Assembly: GCA_943788405.1 (NCBI GenBank) | Contig: CALSQD010000002.1 | Location: 1,325,701-1,389,700 of the forward strand | Length of the DNA stretch: 64,000 nt | Source of the DNA: an uncultured Flavobacteriales bacterium | GTDB lineage: Bacteria; Bacteroidota; Bacteroidia; Flavobacteriales; BACL11 | Reading direction: 5' to 3' | Shown: one piece after another, positions 30,832-40,454 of the stretch | Layout of the letters: each line of letters starts with the position of its first letter | Position numbering within the stretch: position 1 is the first letter of the stretch | Translations under genes and position numbers: made by a program | The notes under the pieces: model-generated | Seen by the model: the letters and a program-made list of their open reading frames with translations, nothing else | Told to the model about the DNA's origin: nothing | Databases searched by the model: none

Positions 30832-31779
30832 ATGAAAAAAACAATGAAAACATTATTATTTGCAACTGCTACTATACTATTAGTAAGTTGTGGAGGTAGC
30901 TCAGAAGAAGCAGCTACAACAAACGAACTAAGTGGTTCAATCAAAATTGATGGATCATCAACAGTATATCCAATTACTGAGGCAATAGCTGAGGAGTTCA
31001 GGGCAGTAGAACCAAAAGTAAAAGTAACAGTAGGAGTATCAGGAACAGGTGGTGGTTTTAAAAAGTTCGGAAGAGGAGAAACGGATATTTCAAATGCTTC
31101 AAGACCAATAAAAGAAAAAGAAGCTAAAATTTGTGAAGAAAATAATATTGATTATGTCGGACTAACTGTTGCTTATGATGGATTAGCAGTATTAGTAAAT
31201 CCTGAAAATACTTGGGTAGATTACTTTACAGTAGAAGAATTAAATACAATTTGGAATCCATCAGCACAAAACACTATTATGTACTGGGATCAAGTTCGTG
31301 AAGGATGGCCACATGAAGAACTACACCTTTTCGGACCTGGAACTGCATCTGGAACTTACGATTATTTCTCTGAAGCAGTTTGTGGTAAAAAAGTAGGAAC
31401 CAGAGGAGATTACACTGCATCAGAAGATGACCATGTGTTAGTGCAAGGAATTGCAGGAGATAAGAATGGTTTAGGATTTTTCGGTTTGGCTTACTATGAA
31501 GAAAACAAAGATAAACTTAGATTAGTAGGAGTTGATAACGGAAATGGAGCAATTACGCCAACTATGGAAACAGTTGGTAACGGGACTTACGCACCACTTT
31601 CTAGACCAATATTTATCTATGTAAATAGTAATGCAAAAACAAGAACGGAAGTAAGCACATTCGTTTCTTTCTACTTAGATAATGCTGCTGAACTAGTAAA
31701 AGATGTAGGTTATATTCCAATGCCAACTGCTGAATATGATGCCGAAAAAGCAAAATTCAACAATTTTTTAAATAACTAA
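30832..31779 (+). CDS. pstS: Phosphate ABC transporter substrate-binding lipoprotein PstS
   Basis: 315 aa. It has a lipobox (LLVSCGG) and the PBP-like blocks [19 protein letters not shown] and SNASRPIK. Confidence 0.9.
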   Translation: MKKTMKTLLFATATILLVSCGGSSEEAATTNELSGSIKIDGSSTVYPITEAIAEEFRAVEPKVKVTVGVSGTGGGFKKFGRGETDISNASRPIKEKEAKICEENNIDYVGLTVAYDGLAVLVNPENTWVDYFTVEELNTIWNPSAQNTIMYWDQVREGWPHEELHLFGPGTASGTYDYFSEAVCGKKVGTRGDYTASEDDHVLVQGIAGDKNGLGFFGLAYYEENKDKLRLVGVDNGNGAITPTMETVGNGTYAPLSRPIFIYVNSNAKTRTEVSTFVSFYLDNAAELVKDVGYIPMPTAEYDAEKAKFNNFLNN

Positions 31780-31895
31780 TGGAGAAAACTCTAGTAATAA
31801 TTATACTAGCAAGCTTTGTGCTATCCGTTTGGTTAATGGTTAAAAAAGATAGAACAGAATATTTTGAATTTTTTAAAAATAGCACATATAATTAG
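31779..31895 (+). CDS. Possible 38-aa single-TM micro-protein (not in the ORF track)
   Basis: The ATG overlaps the pstS stop (TAATG). The sequence is [38 protein letters not shown], and the stop is immediately followed by a 16-bp hairpin. The only support is ORF shape and coupling. Confidence 0.3.
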   Translation: MEKTLVIIILASFVLSVWLMVKKDRTEYFEFFKNSTYN

Positions 31896-31896
31896 A

Positions 31897-31947
31897 AATC
31901 TGAATATTTGTTAGTAGGATAAAGCCCCGAAAACAAATATTCAGATT
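31897..31947 (+). promoter_or_regulatory. Strong intercistronic hairpin between pstS and pstC
   Basis: AATCTGAATATTTGTT (31897-31912) pairs perfectly with AACAAATATTCAGATT (31932-31947). The loop is 19 nt and no T-run follows. Confidence 0.6.
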
Positions 31948-32075
31948 CCTAATTGATAAGATGAGTAGGCCTGGGTTAACACAGGTTCAAAGACAATATA
32001 CTGTTCCGAAAACTTATCACAATTAGTAAAGCCGACTGCACTTGCAGCTCGGATTTTACTTTTAAAAAGATTAAA

Positions 32076-32948
32076 ATGAAAAAAGAAAAAATAATAGAAG
32101 GATTACTCAAATTCTCAGCTCTTGTAACTATACTTACAACAGTTGGGATTTTGTATGTTCTACTTTCTGAAAGCATCTCCTTTTTTAGTGAAGTTTCCAT
32201 TTGGGAATTTATCACTGATAAAGAATGGACTCCCCTTTTTGTAAACAAACATTTTGGAATAATGCCACTAGTGATGGGAACACTCCTCACTACTTTTATT
32301 GCTGTGGCAGTAGCACTTCCTATTGGTATTACAATAGCCATTTATTTAAGTGAATTTGCGCCAAAAAGATTCAAGAAAATTGTAAAACCACTTTTAGAAA
32401 TACTAGCAGCAGTACCAACTGTAGTTTATGGTTTTTTTGCATTAATGGTAGTTACTCCATTTTTACAATCTTTCATTCCTGGAATGTCAGGTTTTAATTC
32501 CCTTTCAGCAGGAATTGTAATGGGAATTATGATTATTCCTTATGTAAGTTCATTAAGTGAAGATGCACTTTCTGCAGTACCTAAATCTTTACGAAATGCA
32601 TCTTATGGAATGGGAGCTACAAGACTACAAACAGCATTTAAAGTAATGGTGCCTGCAGCTTCTTCTGGGATAATTGTATCGGTAATTTTAGCATTTTCTC
32701 GTGCAATTGGGGAGACTATGATTGTAGCTATAGCAGCAGGACAACAACCCAGATTAACTATAAATCCGCTTGTTCCTGTGGAAACAATTACAGCTTATAT
32801 TGTGCAAGTAAGTTTGGGAGATGTTGCTCATGGCACATTGGAATACAAAACAATATTTGCAGCAGGAATTACTTTATTCATCTTTACTTTTATACTTAAC
32901 AATATTAGTTTTTATATCCGTAAAAAATTCAAAGAACAATATGACTAG
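32076..32948 (+). CDS. pstC: Phosphate ABC transporter permease PstC
   Basis: 290 aa with 6 TM helices. It has the EAA-like loop region (SEDALSAVPKSLRNASYGMGATRLQT). Confidence 0.9.
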   Translation: MKKEKIIEGLLKFSALVTILTTVGILYVLLSESISFFSEVSIWEFITDKEWTPLFVNKHFGIMPLVMGTLLTTFIAVAVALPIGITIAIYLSEFAPKRFKKIVKPLLEILAAVPTVVYGFFALMVVTPFLQSFIPGMSGFNSLSAGIVMGIMIIPYVSSLSEDALSAVPKSLRNASYGMGATRLQTAFKVMVPAASSGIIVSVILAFSRAIGETMIVAIAAGQQPRLTINPLVPVETITAYIVQVSLGDVAHGTLEYKTIFAAGITLFIFTFILNNISFYIRKKFKEQYD

Positions 32949-33798
32949 AGGGCAAATAAATAGACTAAAAGATAAAGCATTCGCTTATTTTGGTGTTTTC
33001 TGTACCTTAATTGGTTTAGTAATACTTGCATTTTTTATTGGAAATATATTTTATGATGGTATAACAAGAATTGATTGGGATTTCCTCACAAACTTACCAT
33101 CACGAAAAGCAGAAAAAGCAGGAATACTAACTGCTTGGGCTGGTTCAATATGGATAGTAATCTTTACTTTCCTAATTGTAGTTCCCTTAGGAGTTGCAGC
33201 AGGAATTTACTTGGAAGAATATGGTGAAAAATCAAAACTTTCTGAGCTACTTGAAGTGAATATTTCCAACTTAGCAGGAGTACCATCTGTAATTTATGGG
33301 CTTTTAGGATTAGAAATTTTCGGAAGATTATTTGGAATGGGAAATAGTATTTTAGCAGGAAGCGCAACACTTGCTCTACTTGTATTGCCCATTGTAATTG
33401 TAGCAACTCGTGAAGCACTAAAGGCAGTTCCCCCATCAATCAGAGCTGCATCATATGGCTTAGGAGCTACAAAATGGCAAACTGTTTGGCATCAAGTTTT
33501 ACCTGCATCTTTTGGAGGTATTTTAACAGGAGTAATTTTAGCAATTTCTCGAGCAGTTGGAGAAACTGCCCCACTTATTGTAATTGGTGCTTTGGCTTAT
33601 GTTCCCTTTACCCCAAGTTCACCAATGGATGAATTTACAGTACTTCCAATTCAGATTTTTAATTGGATTTCACGACCACAGCATGAATTTAGCATAAATG
33701 CGGCAGCAGCAATTATAGTATTATTACTCATCACATTTGTGATGAACGGAATAGCGGTTTATTTCAGAAATAAATGGCAGAAAAAAATAAATTGGTAG
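32941..33798 (+). CDS. pstA: Phosphate ABC transporter permease PstA
   Basis: I place the start at ATG 32941 ([12 protein letters not shown]...), which overlaps the pstC stop. It has the EAA loop [26 protein letters not shown]. The ORF-track start at 32821 lies inside pstC. Confidence 0.9.
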   Translation: MTRGQINRLKDKAFAYFGVFCTLIGLVILAFFIGNIFYDGITRIDWDFLTNLPSRKAEKAGILTAWAGSIWIVIFTFLIVVPLGVAAGIYLEEYGEKSKLSELLEVNISNLAGVPSVIYGLLGLEIFGRLFGMGNSILAGSATLALLVLPIVIVATREALKAVPPSIRAASYGLGATKWQTVWHQVLPASFGGILTGVILAISRAVGETAPLIVIGALAYVPFTPSSPMDEFTVLPIQIFNWISRPQHEFSINAAAAIIVLLLITFVMNGIAVYFRNKWQKKINW

Positions 33799-33799
33799 T

Positions 33800-34555
33800 A
33801 TGGAAAATAAATTAGAAGCAAAAAATGTAAATGTTTTTTATGGCGAATTTCAAGCTTTAAATAACATAAATATGAAATTTAAAGAAAATGCAGTTACTGC
33901 ATTAATAGGACCATCAGGTTGTGGGAAATCAACCTTTTTAAGACTCTTTAATAGAATGAATGATTATGTAGATTCATTCAGAATGGAAGGAGAAATTTTA
34001 GTTGATGGGAATGGTATTTATACCAAAGATGTTTTAGTTGATGAACTCAGAAAAGGAATAGGAATGGTATTTCAAAAACCAAACCCTTTTCCTAAATCTA
34101 TATTTGAAAATGTAGCTTACGGACTTAAAATTCAAGGAATAAAGAACAAAGCTGTTTTAAAAAATAAAGTGCGTAAAGCATTGCAACAAGCAGCACTTTG
34201 GGATGAAGTTAAAAATGACTTAGACAAATCGGCACTTGAACTAAGTGGAGGGCAGCAACAAAGAGTTTGTATTGCAAGAGCTTTGGCAGTAGAACCTTCA
34301 ATAATTTTAATGGATGAACCCACTTCAGCTCTCGACCCAATTGCAACCGCAAAAGTAGAGGAACTCATACATGAATTAAAAAAAGATTATACCATAATCA
34401 TTGTAACTCATAATATGCAACAAGCAAGTAGAATTTCCGATTATACCGCTTTTTTCTATATGGGAGATTTGATTGAACACAATAAAACAGATATTATATT
34501 TACTAACCCAGAACACGAAAGGACTCAGAATTATATTACTGGGCGTTTCGGTTAA
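33800..34555 (+). CDS. pstB: Phosphate ABC transporter ATP-binding protein PstB
   Basis: 251 aa. It has the Walker A motif GPSGCGKST, the signature LSGGQQQR and the Walker B motif [11 protein letters not shown]. Confidence 0.95.
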   Translation: MENKLEAKNVNVFYGEFQALNNINMKFKENAVTALIGPSGCGKSTFLRLFNRMNDYVDSFRMEGEILVDGNGIYTKDVLVDELRKGIGMVFQKPNPFPKSIFENVAYGLKIQGIKNKAVLKNKVRKALQQAALWDEVKNDLDKSALELSGGQQQRVCIARALAVEPSIILMDEPTSALDPIATAKVEELIHELKKDYTIIIVTHNMQQASRISDYTAFFYMGDLIEHNKTDIIFTNPEHERTQNYITGRFG

Positions 34556-34566
34556 AATCAATAACT

Positions 34567-35229
34567 ATGAATAATTTAGAACAAGAAATTTCAGGGCTTA
34601 AAAGAGAACTTTTAAAGATGTTCGAACTAGTAGAAAAGCAATGGAGAAAAAGCAGCATTGCTATTTTGGAATTTGATCAAGATATTGCTGAGGAAATTTC
34701 CTCTTCCGAAAACAGAGTAAATGCAATGGAAATTGCAATTGATAGAGAATGTGAGAATATTTTAGCTCTTTTATCTCCTGTTGCAATAGATTTACGCTTT
34801 GTACTTTCTGCCTATAAAATAAATCATGCTCTTGAAAGAGTAGCTGATATTGCAAACAGTATCGCAAATTATGTTTCTAACAATCAAACTGCATATCCTT
34901 CAAAAATAATAGCTGAATTAAATTTAGAAGATATGTTAAATCAACTGCTTTCAATGCTTACAGATATTACAGAAGCTTTTGAATATGAAGACACAAAAAT
35001 TGCAAGAAAAATTTTCAAAAAGGATAAAAAACTAAACCAATATAATGCTGATTCTACATCAATAATATTGAATAATATGGATGACTTTGAAAGAGAAAAC
35101 TTAATGTTTTTACTGTCCACAATTCGAAAAATTGAAAGAGCAGGAGATTCAATAAAAAACATTGGAGAAGAAATTATTTTTCATCAAGAAGCAAGAATAG
35201 TAAAACACAAAAATACAGAGAATAAATAA
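34567..35229 (+). CDS. phoU: Phosphate signalling complex protein PhoU
   Basis: 220 aa with two PhoU repeats carrying the E(R)xxD motifs (ALERVADIA, KIERAGDSI). It lies directly after pstB. Confidence 0.9.
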   Translation: MNNLEQEISGLKRELLKMFELVEKQWRKSSIAILEFDQDIAEEISSSENRVNAMEIAIDRECENILALLSPVAIDLRFVLSAYKINHALERVADIANSIANYVSNNQTAYPSKIIAELNLEDMLNQLLSMLTDITEAFEYEDTKIARKIFKKDKKLNQYNADSTSIILNNMDDFERENLMFLLSTIRKIERAGDSIKNIGEEIIFHQEARIVKHKNTENK

Positions 35230-35232
35230 GTC

Positions 35233-35277
35233 TTAACAATTCCTTAACATAGCTATAACATTTAAAATATATTTTTG
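35233..35277 (+). promoter_or_regulatory. Na/Pi symporter promoter: three 11-bp-phased TTAACA-type hexamers plus a TATTTTTG -7 box
   Basis: The hexamers are TTAACA (35233), TTAACA (35244) and ATAACA (35255). TATTTTTG lies at 35270-35277, and the ATG is at 35305. Confidence 0.55.
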
Positions 35278-35304
35278 CCGCAAAATAATTAAATAAGCTA
35301 TAAA

Positions 35305-37014
35305 ATGGAATTTGGAATTTACGAACTATTAAAATTGATTGGAGCACTTGGTTTCTTCATCTATGGGATGAAAGTAATGAGTGATGGAATCCAGAAAGCA
35401 GGAGGAAGTAAGATGCGTCAGATATTAGGAGGAATGACTTCTAACAGATACTTTGGTGTAATGACAGGTTTCTTAATTACTGCAATTGTACAATCATCAT
35501 CAGCAACAACAGTAATGACGGTAAGTTTTGTAAATGCAGGATTACTTACTTTAGTAGAATCGGCAGGGGTAATGATGGGAGCCAATATTGGAACAACTAT
35601 TACTGCTTGGGTTATTTCTATTTTAGGATTTAAAGTAAAAATGTCAGCTATTGCATTACCAATTATTGCTTTTGGTATGCCAATGATGTTTGCCAAAAAA
35701 ACTAAAACAAAGAACTGGGGAGAATTTTTAGTAGGATTTGCACTTTTATTTATTGGTTTATCTGAACTTAAAAATGCAGTACCTGATATAAAGAGCAACC
35801 CTGAAGTATTAAACTTTTTAGCTGGGTTTGCTGATATTTCATTTTTATCAAGATTAATGTTTGTAGGGGTAGGTACTTTACTTACAATTGTAGTACAATC
35901 ATCATCAGCAGCAATGGCTTTAACACTAGTACTTTGTAATACTGGTGTAATTCCTTTTGAGGTTGCAGCAGCAATGGTATTAGGTGAAAATATTGGAACA
36001 ACTATTACTGCTGAATTAGCATCAATGGTAGGAAATGTACATGCAAAGCGTTCAGCAAGAATACACTCTATGTTTAATCTTATTGGTGTAACATGGATGC
36101 TTATTTTAATGCCTTACGCTTTAGATATAGTAGAATATATCTCTATGAATTACTTTGGTTCTATCTCGCCATATACAGCTGTAGATGGATGGGGAGACAG
36201 CATGTCGCCAGTACCAATCGCATTATCTATTTTCCATACAGGATTTAACTTCCTTAATGTACTTATCCTTATTTGGTTTGTTCCTGCAATTGTTCGTTTT
36301 GCTGAAAGAACAGTTAAATCACAAGGAGATATGGATGAAGAATTTCACTTGGAGCATATCGGTACAGGATTAATGCAAACTGCAGAACTTTCAGTACTTG
36401 AAGCAAATAAAGAAGTAGCTAAATTTGGAAACATTACAAGTCGTTTATTTGATATGATTCCTGAATTAATGAAGGAAACTGACACTAAGAAATTTGGAAA
36501 ACAAATGGCTCGTATTAAAAAATATGAGGACATTACTGATAGAATGGAAGTTGAAATTGCTGATTACCTAGCAAAAGCAGCTCAAGGTGAAATGAGTGAT
36601 TCAGCATCAACAAAAGTAAGAAGCATGATTTCAATGATTAATGACATGGAGCGTATTGGAGATATTTGCTACCAACTATCAATAACTGTTGAAAGAAAAA
36701 ACGAGCAAAAAGCTTACTTCACTCCTGAACTTAGAACAAGTTTAGAAGAGATGATTGCAGAAGTACAAAAAGCAATGGAGATTATGAATAATAACCTTAA
36801 CTCTGATTACAAACAAGTATCAATGGCAGGAGCTAATGAAGCTGAAACTATCATTAATAACATGAGAAATAAGTTACGAAAAGAATACTTAACTAAAATT
36901 GAGAAAGGAGAATTTAAAATTCAAACAGGTATGATTTATAACAATATGATACATTCATTAGAAAAAGTTGGTGATCATATTCATAACATAACAGAAGCAA
37001 TAGCAGGAAATTAA
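35305..37014 (+). CDS. Na+/phosphate symporter family protein with a C-terminal PhoU-like domain
   Basis: 569 aa. It has duplicated Na/Pi cotransporter repeats (QSSSATTVMTV and QSSSAAMALTL) and C-terminal PhoU-like helices (MERIGDICY, LEKVGDHIHN). Confidence 0.9.
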   Translation: MEFGIYELLKLIGALGFFIYGMKVMSDGIQKAGGSKMRQILGGMTSNRYFGVMTGFLITAIVQSSSATTVMTVSFVNAGLLTLVESAGVMMGANIGTTITAWVISILGFKVKMSAIALPIIAFGMPMMFAKKTKTKNWGEFLVGFALLFIGLSELKNAVPDIKSNPEVLNFLAGFADISFLSRLMFVGVGTLLTIVVQSSSAAMALTLVLCNTGVIPFEVAAAMVLGENIGTTITAELASMVGNVHAKRSARIHSMFNLIGVTWMLILMPYALDIVEYISMNYFGSISPYTAVDGWGDSMSPVPIALSIFHTGFNFLNVLILIWFVPAIVRFAERTVKSQGDMDEEFHLEHIGTGLMQTAELSVLEANKEVAKFGNITSRLFDMIPELMKETDTKKFGKQMARIKKYEDITDRMEVEIADYLAKAAQGEMSDSASTKVRSMISMINDMERIGDICYQLSITVERKNEQKAYFTPELRTSLEEMIAEVQKAMEIMNNNLNSDYKQVSMAGANEAETIINNMRNKLRKEYLTKIEKGEFKIQTGMIYNNMIHSLEKVGDHIHNITEAIAGN

Positions 37015-37020
37015 TAAAGG

Positions 37021-37056
37021 ATTAACCCTGTGTAACAAAAGTTACACAGGGTTAAT
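37021..37056 (+). terminator. Rho-independent terminator after the Na/Pi symporter gene
   Basis: ATTAACCCTGTGTAAC-AAAA-GTTACACAGGGTTAAT forms a perfect 16-bp stem followed by TTTT. Confidence 0.75.
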
Positions 37057-37083
37057 TTTAAAGTTTATTTATTTGCACCATAA

Positions 37084-37139
37084 TTAACTTTAACTTAACA
37101 CAAACTTAACACTAGCACTTTTAGTTGTTATTATTTTTG
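37084..37139 (+). promoter_or_regulatory. Porin promoter: three 11-bp-phased TTAAC(A/T) hexamers plus a TATTTTTG -7 box
   Basis: The hexamers are TTAACT (37084), TTAACA (37095) and TTAACA (37106). TATTTTTG lies at 37132-37139, and the ATG is at 37171. Confidence 0.55.
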
Positions 37140-37170
37140 CACCATAAATTAAAACTAAAAAAATATTAAA

Positions 37171-38130
37171 ATGAAAAAAACAATTTTAGCACTTAGTGCT
37201 GCACTTTTAACAGTAATCTCTGTTAACGCACAAGAAGGAAAGCCTTCAGTAAAAGTATTCTCAAACTTCAACTATGATTTATCAGCTGAAGAAGGAGAAA
37301 ATGCTTTTAAAGAATTTGAAATTAAAAGATCATACCTTGGTTACTCTTATAAGTTTGATGATACTTTCTCTGCAAAAATAACTTTTGATGTAGGAAGTAA
37401 TGATGGAGGATCTGCTTATACTGCATTCTTAAAAGTTGCTGCTTTAAACTGGAAAGCTTCAGATAATTTATCTATAAACTTTGGACAAACAGGAACTAAG
37501 AACTTTAAGTTCATGGAAAAAGCTTGGGGTAAAAGATATATCAACAAGTCTGCTCAAGATAAATACAAATGGGCTAATTCTGCTGATGTAGGGGTTACTG
37601 CTGATTACAGCTTAAATGAGAGATTAAGTTTAGATGCTCAAATCTTAAATGGTGAAGGATACAAAAAAACTCAATCTACTAATGGTTTATTTAGAGGAGG
37701 ATTAGGTATTACTTATAAAGTTAGCAATAATTTAGCATTAAGATTACACCATGATGTTTCTCCAAGAGCTACTTATGGGGAGAATGATGCTTCACAAGCT
37801 ATTAACTCTTTAGCATTAGTTTATTCTAAAGACAACTTCACAATTGGAGCTGAAAAGAATATGATGAAAAATGCTGGAAATATTTTAAATGAAGAAAGAG
37901 AATTAAATTCTATTTATGGAGACTATTCTATCTCTGATAAATACAGCATTTTTGGTAGATATGATGATGCTACAAAAACTGAAAAAGAAACTTCATACAC
38001 TGTTGTTGGTATAGAAAGACAAATGACTAAAGGAGTTAAGGTTGCTTTAAATGTTCAATCTGATAAAGGAATTGAAGAAGGTGATGAAGCAATGAATACT
38101 TTATACTTAAACTTAGAATATAAATTCTAA
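37171..38130 (+). CDS. Outer-membrane porin (probably phosphate-starvation inducible, by context)
   Basis: 319 aa. It has a signal peptide (…SVNAQ), a beta-barrel composition and a C-terminal ...LNLEYKF. It shares the Pho-box-like promoter architecture with pstS. Confidence 0.65.
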   Translation: MKKTILALSAALLTVISVNAQEGKPSVKVFSNFNYDLSAEEGENAFKEFEIKRSYLGYSYKFDDTFSAKITFDVGSNDGGSAYTAFLKVAALNWKASDNLSINFGQTGTKNFKFMEKAWGKRYINKSAQDKYKWANSADVGVTADYSLNERLSLDAQILNGEGYKKTQSTNGLFRGGLGITYKVSNNLALRLHHDVSPRATYGENDASQAINSLALVYSKDNFTIGAEKNMMKNAGNILNEERELNSIYGDYSISDKYSIFGRYDDATKTEKETSYTVVGIERQMTKGVKVALNVQSDKGIEEGDEAMNTLYLNLEYKF

Positions 38131-38154
38131 ATAATTAACATCAGGTTAATGATA

Positions 38155-38186
38155 AAAGGCGATACCAAAATGGTGTCGCCTTTTTT
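38155..38186 (+). terminator. Rho-independent terminator after the porin gene
   Basis: AAAGGCGATACC-loop-GGTGTCGCC is followed by T6. The stem contains one G-U pair. Confidence 0.7.
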
Positions 38187-38205
38187 AATGCCTTAATTTT
38201 GTAGC

Positions 38206-39186
38206 ATGACAAAAAGCTTAGTAAAGGAAGTGTTTTCAGTTAGCAATGAGGATGAATTTAATGAATTAGCATTATCCATTTTTGATTATCAAATGGAGAA
38301 CAATCCTGTTTATGCACCTTACGCATCATTAATACTAAAAGGAGTTGCACCAGAAAACTATACAGAAATTCCTTTTTTACCTATTGAGTTTTTTAAACAC
38401 GAACAAATTATTTGCAAAGGACAGGGAATTGAAGAAGTGTTTTTAAGTAGCGGAACAACTGGCGAACAAAGTAAGCATTTAGTAAGTGACACTTCAGTTT
38501 ACGAAACTTCATACACCAATACCTTTAAGCAGTTTTATGGTAATATTGAAGACTACTGCATACTTGCGTTATTACCCAATTATCAAGAAAGAGAAGGTTC
38601 TTCACTCATTTATATGGTTGATGATTTAATTGCAAAAAGCAAACATCCTAAAAGCGGATTCTATTTAAACAACTTAAAAGAGCTTGCAGCAACAATTAAG
38701 GAATTAGAAAGTAAAGGGCAAAAAACAATTCTATTTGGAGTAACCTATGCCTTGCTGGATTTAGCAGCCGAATATCCTCAGCACCTAAAACACACCATTA
38801 TTATGGAAACCGGTGGTATGAAAGGAAAACGAAAAGAATTGCTTAAAGAAGAAATTCATCAACTACTACAAGAAGCATTTTTAACAACAAATATCCACTC
38901 AGAATACGGAATGACAGAACTACTTTCCCAAGGATATTCAAAAGGAGAAAATATTTTTAACTCGCCCCCATGGATGAAAATATTGATACGAGATGTAAAT
39001 GACCCATTAAGTACTATTGGAAAAAATAAAACAGGAGGCATAAATGTAATTGATTTGGCCAATATCTATTCTTGTCCGTTTATTGCCACACAAGATTTAG
39101 GGCGAACTTTTGATGATGGCAGTTTCTCAGTTTTAGGAAGATTTAATAATGCTGATATTAGAGGGTGTAATTTGTTAGTGCAATGA
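38206..39186 (+). CDS. LuxE/PaaK-like acyl-adenylate-forming enzyme (annotated as an acyltransferase in Flavobacteria)
   Basis: 326 aa. It has the AMP-binding-type motif FLSSGTTGEQSKH and the METGGMKGKRKE loop. Confidence 0.7.
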   Translation: MTKSLVKEVFSVSNEDEFNELALSIFDYQMENNPVYAPYASLILKGVAPENYTEIPFLPIEFFKHEQIICKGQGIEEVFLSSGTTGEQSKHLVSDTSVYETSYTNTFKQFYGNIEDYCILALLPNYQEREGSSLIYMVDDLIAKSKHPKSGFYLNNLKELAATIKELESKGQKTILFGVTYALLDLAAEYPQHLKHTIIMETGGMKGKRKELLKEEIHQLLQEAFLTTNIHSEYGMTELLSQGYSKGENIFNSPPWMKILIRDVNDPLSTIGKNKTGGINVIDLANIYSCPFIATQDLGRTFDDGSFSVLGRFNNADIRGCNLLVQ

Positions 39187-39683
39187 CAATAAGAAGATCC
39201 CATACAGCAGACCTTGGCAATATAATGCTCATGTACAAATCATGCGTAAAAGGAATGCTAAAAAATGGAATAACCCAATGGGATAACAGCTATCCTAATG
39301 CTGATATAATACTAGCAGATATAAAAGCAAGAACTTATTATGTGGCAGAGAAAAATGGAGTTATTGTTGGCGGGATAAATATTGATGAAAACCAAGACCC
39401 TACTTACTTAGCAATTGATTGGGAAGACAAAAGCAATTCCTTTTTAGTTGTACATAGATTAGCCGTAAAAGAAGAAAACTGGGGAGATGGAATAGGAAAA
39501 AAATTGATGCTTTTTGTTGAAGAAGTAGCAAGAGAAGAAAATTACTCATCAATCCGATTAGATACTTATAGTGGCAACCCAAAAGCTATGGAATTTTACC
39601 TAAAATTAGGCTATTCCGAACTAGGTACTATTGATTTAAAACCTAACAAGAAAGAATATCATTGTTTTGAGAAGCTAGTTTAA
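39183..39683 (+). CDS. GNAT-family N-acetyltransferase
   Basis: 166 aa. It has the acetyl-CoA-binding motif (LAVKEENWGDGIGKKLM). The start overlaps the upstream stop (ATGA). Confidence 0.85.
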   Translation: MTIRRSHTADLGNIMLMYKSCVKGMLKNGITQWDNSYPNADIILADIKARTYYVAEKNGVIVGGINIDENQDPTYLAIDWEDKSNSFLVVHRLAVKEENWGDGIGKKLMLFVEEVAREENYSSIRLDTYSGNPKAMEFYLKLGYSELGTIDLKPNKKEYHCFEKLV

Positions 39684-40454
39684 CTACATCAAACAAAAGC
39701 CCATCACTTCATTGTAAAAGCGTTCAGGATTTTCAGCATGTAACCAATGTCCAGCACCTTCAATTGAACAAATGCTAAAGTCAGCAAAGTGTTTATTAAT
39801 AATCAACTCATCTTCTGATGTTACATAATTAGAATTCCCTCCTCTAATAAAATGAGTAGGGACATCAATTTTTCCATTTATAAAATCAGCTTCTTGGATA
39901 TTGCCTACTTTTTCCAATAATACATCAATATTAAATCGCCAAGCAAATTCTTTTTGTTCATTTCTAAATAAATTCTTGAGTAAAAACAAACGAATTCCTC
40001 TATCAGTAAGAAACATTGATAATGCCTTATCCACCTCCTCTCTTCTAGCAAAATCTTCCAAAGGCAACTTATATAAAGTAGCTAAGAGGTTTTCATGAAA
40101 ATCAGTTTTGTATTTCCTTGGAGCAATATCTGCTACTATTAATTTTTCTAATTTATCAGGATGTGTAAAGGCGAACTTCATAGCCACCTTACCTCCAAGT
40201 GAGTGTCCTAAAATAACAGGATTTACAATTGTATTCTCCTCCATATATTCCAATAAATCCTCACACATTACATCATAATTAAAATCAGTTGAGTGTGGCG
40301 ACCTTCCATGGTTTCTCAAGTCAATTAAGTGTACTTTACAATATTTAGCAAACTGCTTTCCTAAGGTATTCCAATTATCACTCATGCCAAAAAGCCCATG
40401 AATTACAATTAAATCCTGCCCTTTATCACCATATTTTTTTGAATGCAATTTCAT
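39684..40454 (-). CDS. Alpha/beta-fold hydrolase (esterase-like)
   Basis: 256 aa. It has the HGLFG oxyanion motif, the nucleophile elbow GHSLGG and a C-terminal GAGHWLH catalytic His. Confidence 0.85.
   Translation of the reverse strand: MKLHSKKYGDKGQDLIVIHGLFGMSDNWNTLGKQFAKYCKVHLIDLRNHGRSPHSTDFNYDVMCEDLLEYMEENTIVNPVILGHSLGGKVAMKFAFTHPDKLEKLIVADIAPRKYKTDFHENLLATLYKLPLEDFARREEVDKALSMFLTDRGIRLFLLKNLFRNEQKEFAWRFNIDVLLEKVGNIQEADFINGKIDVPTHFIRGGNSNYVTSEDELIINKHFADFSICSIEGAGHWLHAENPERFYNEVMGFCLM

Noticed and set aside
31976-32341. A 121-aa minus-strand ORF spanning the pstS-pstC spacer and the 5' end of pstC.
   Set aside because: It is antisense to pstC. It has no motif, and its upstream part covers hairpin-rich spacer.
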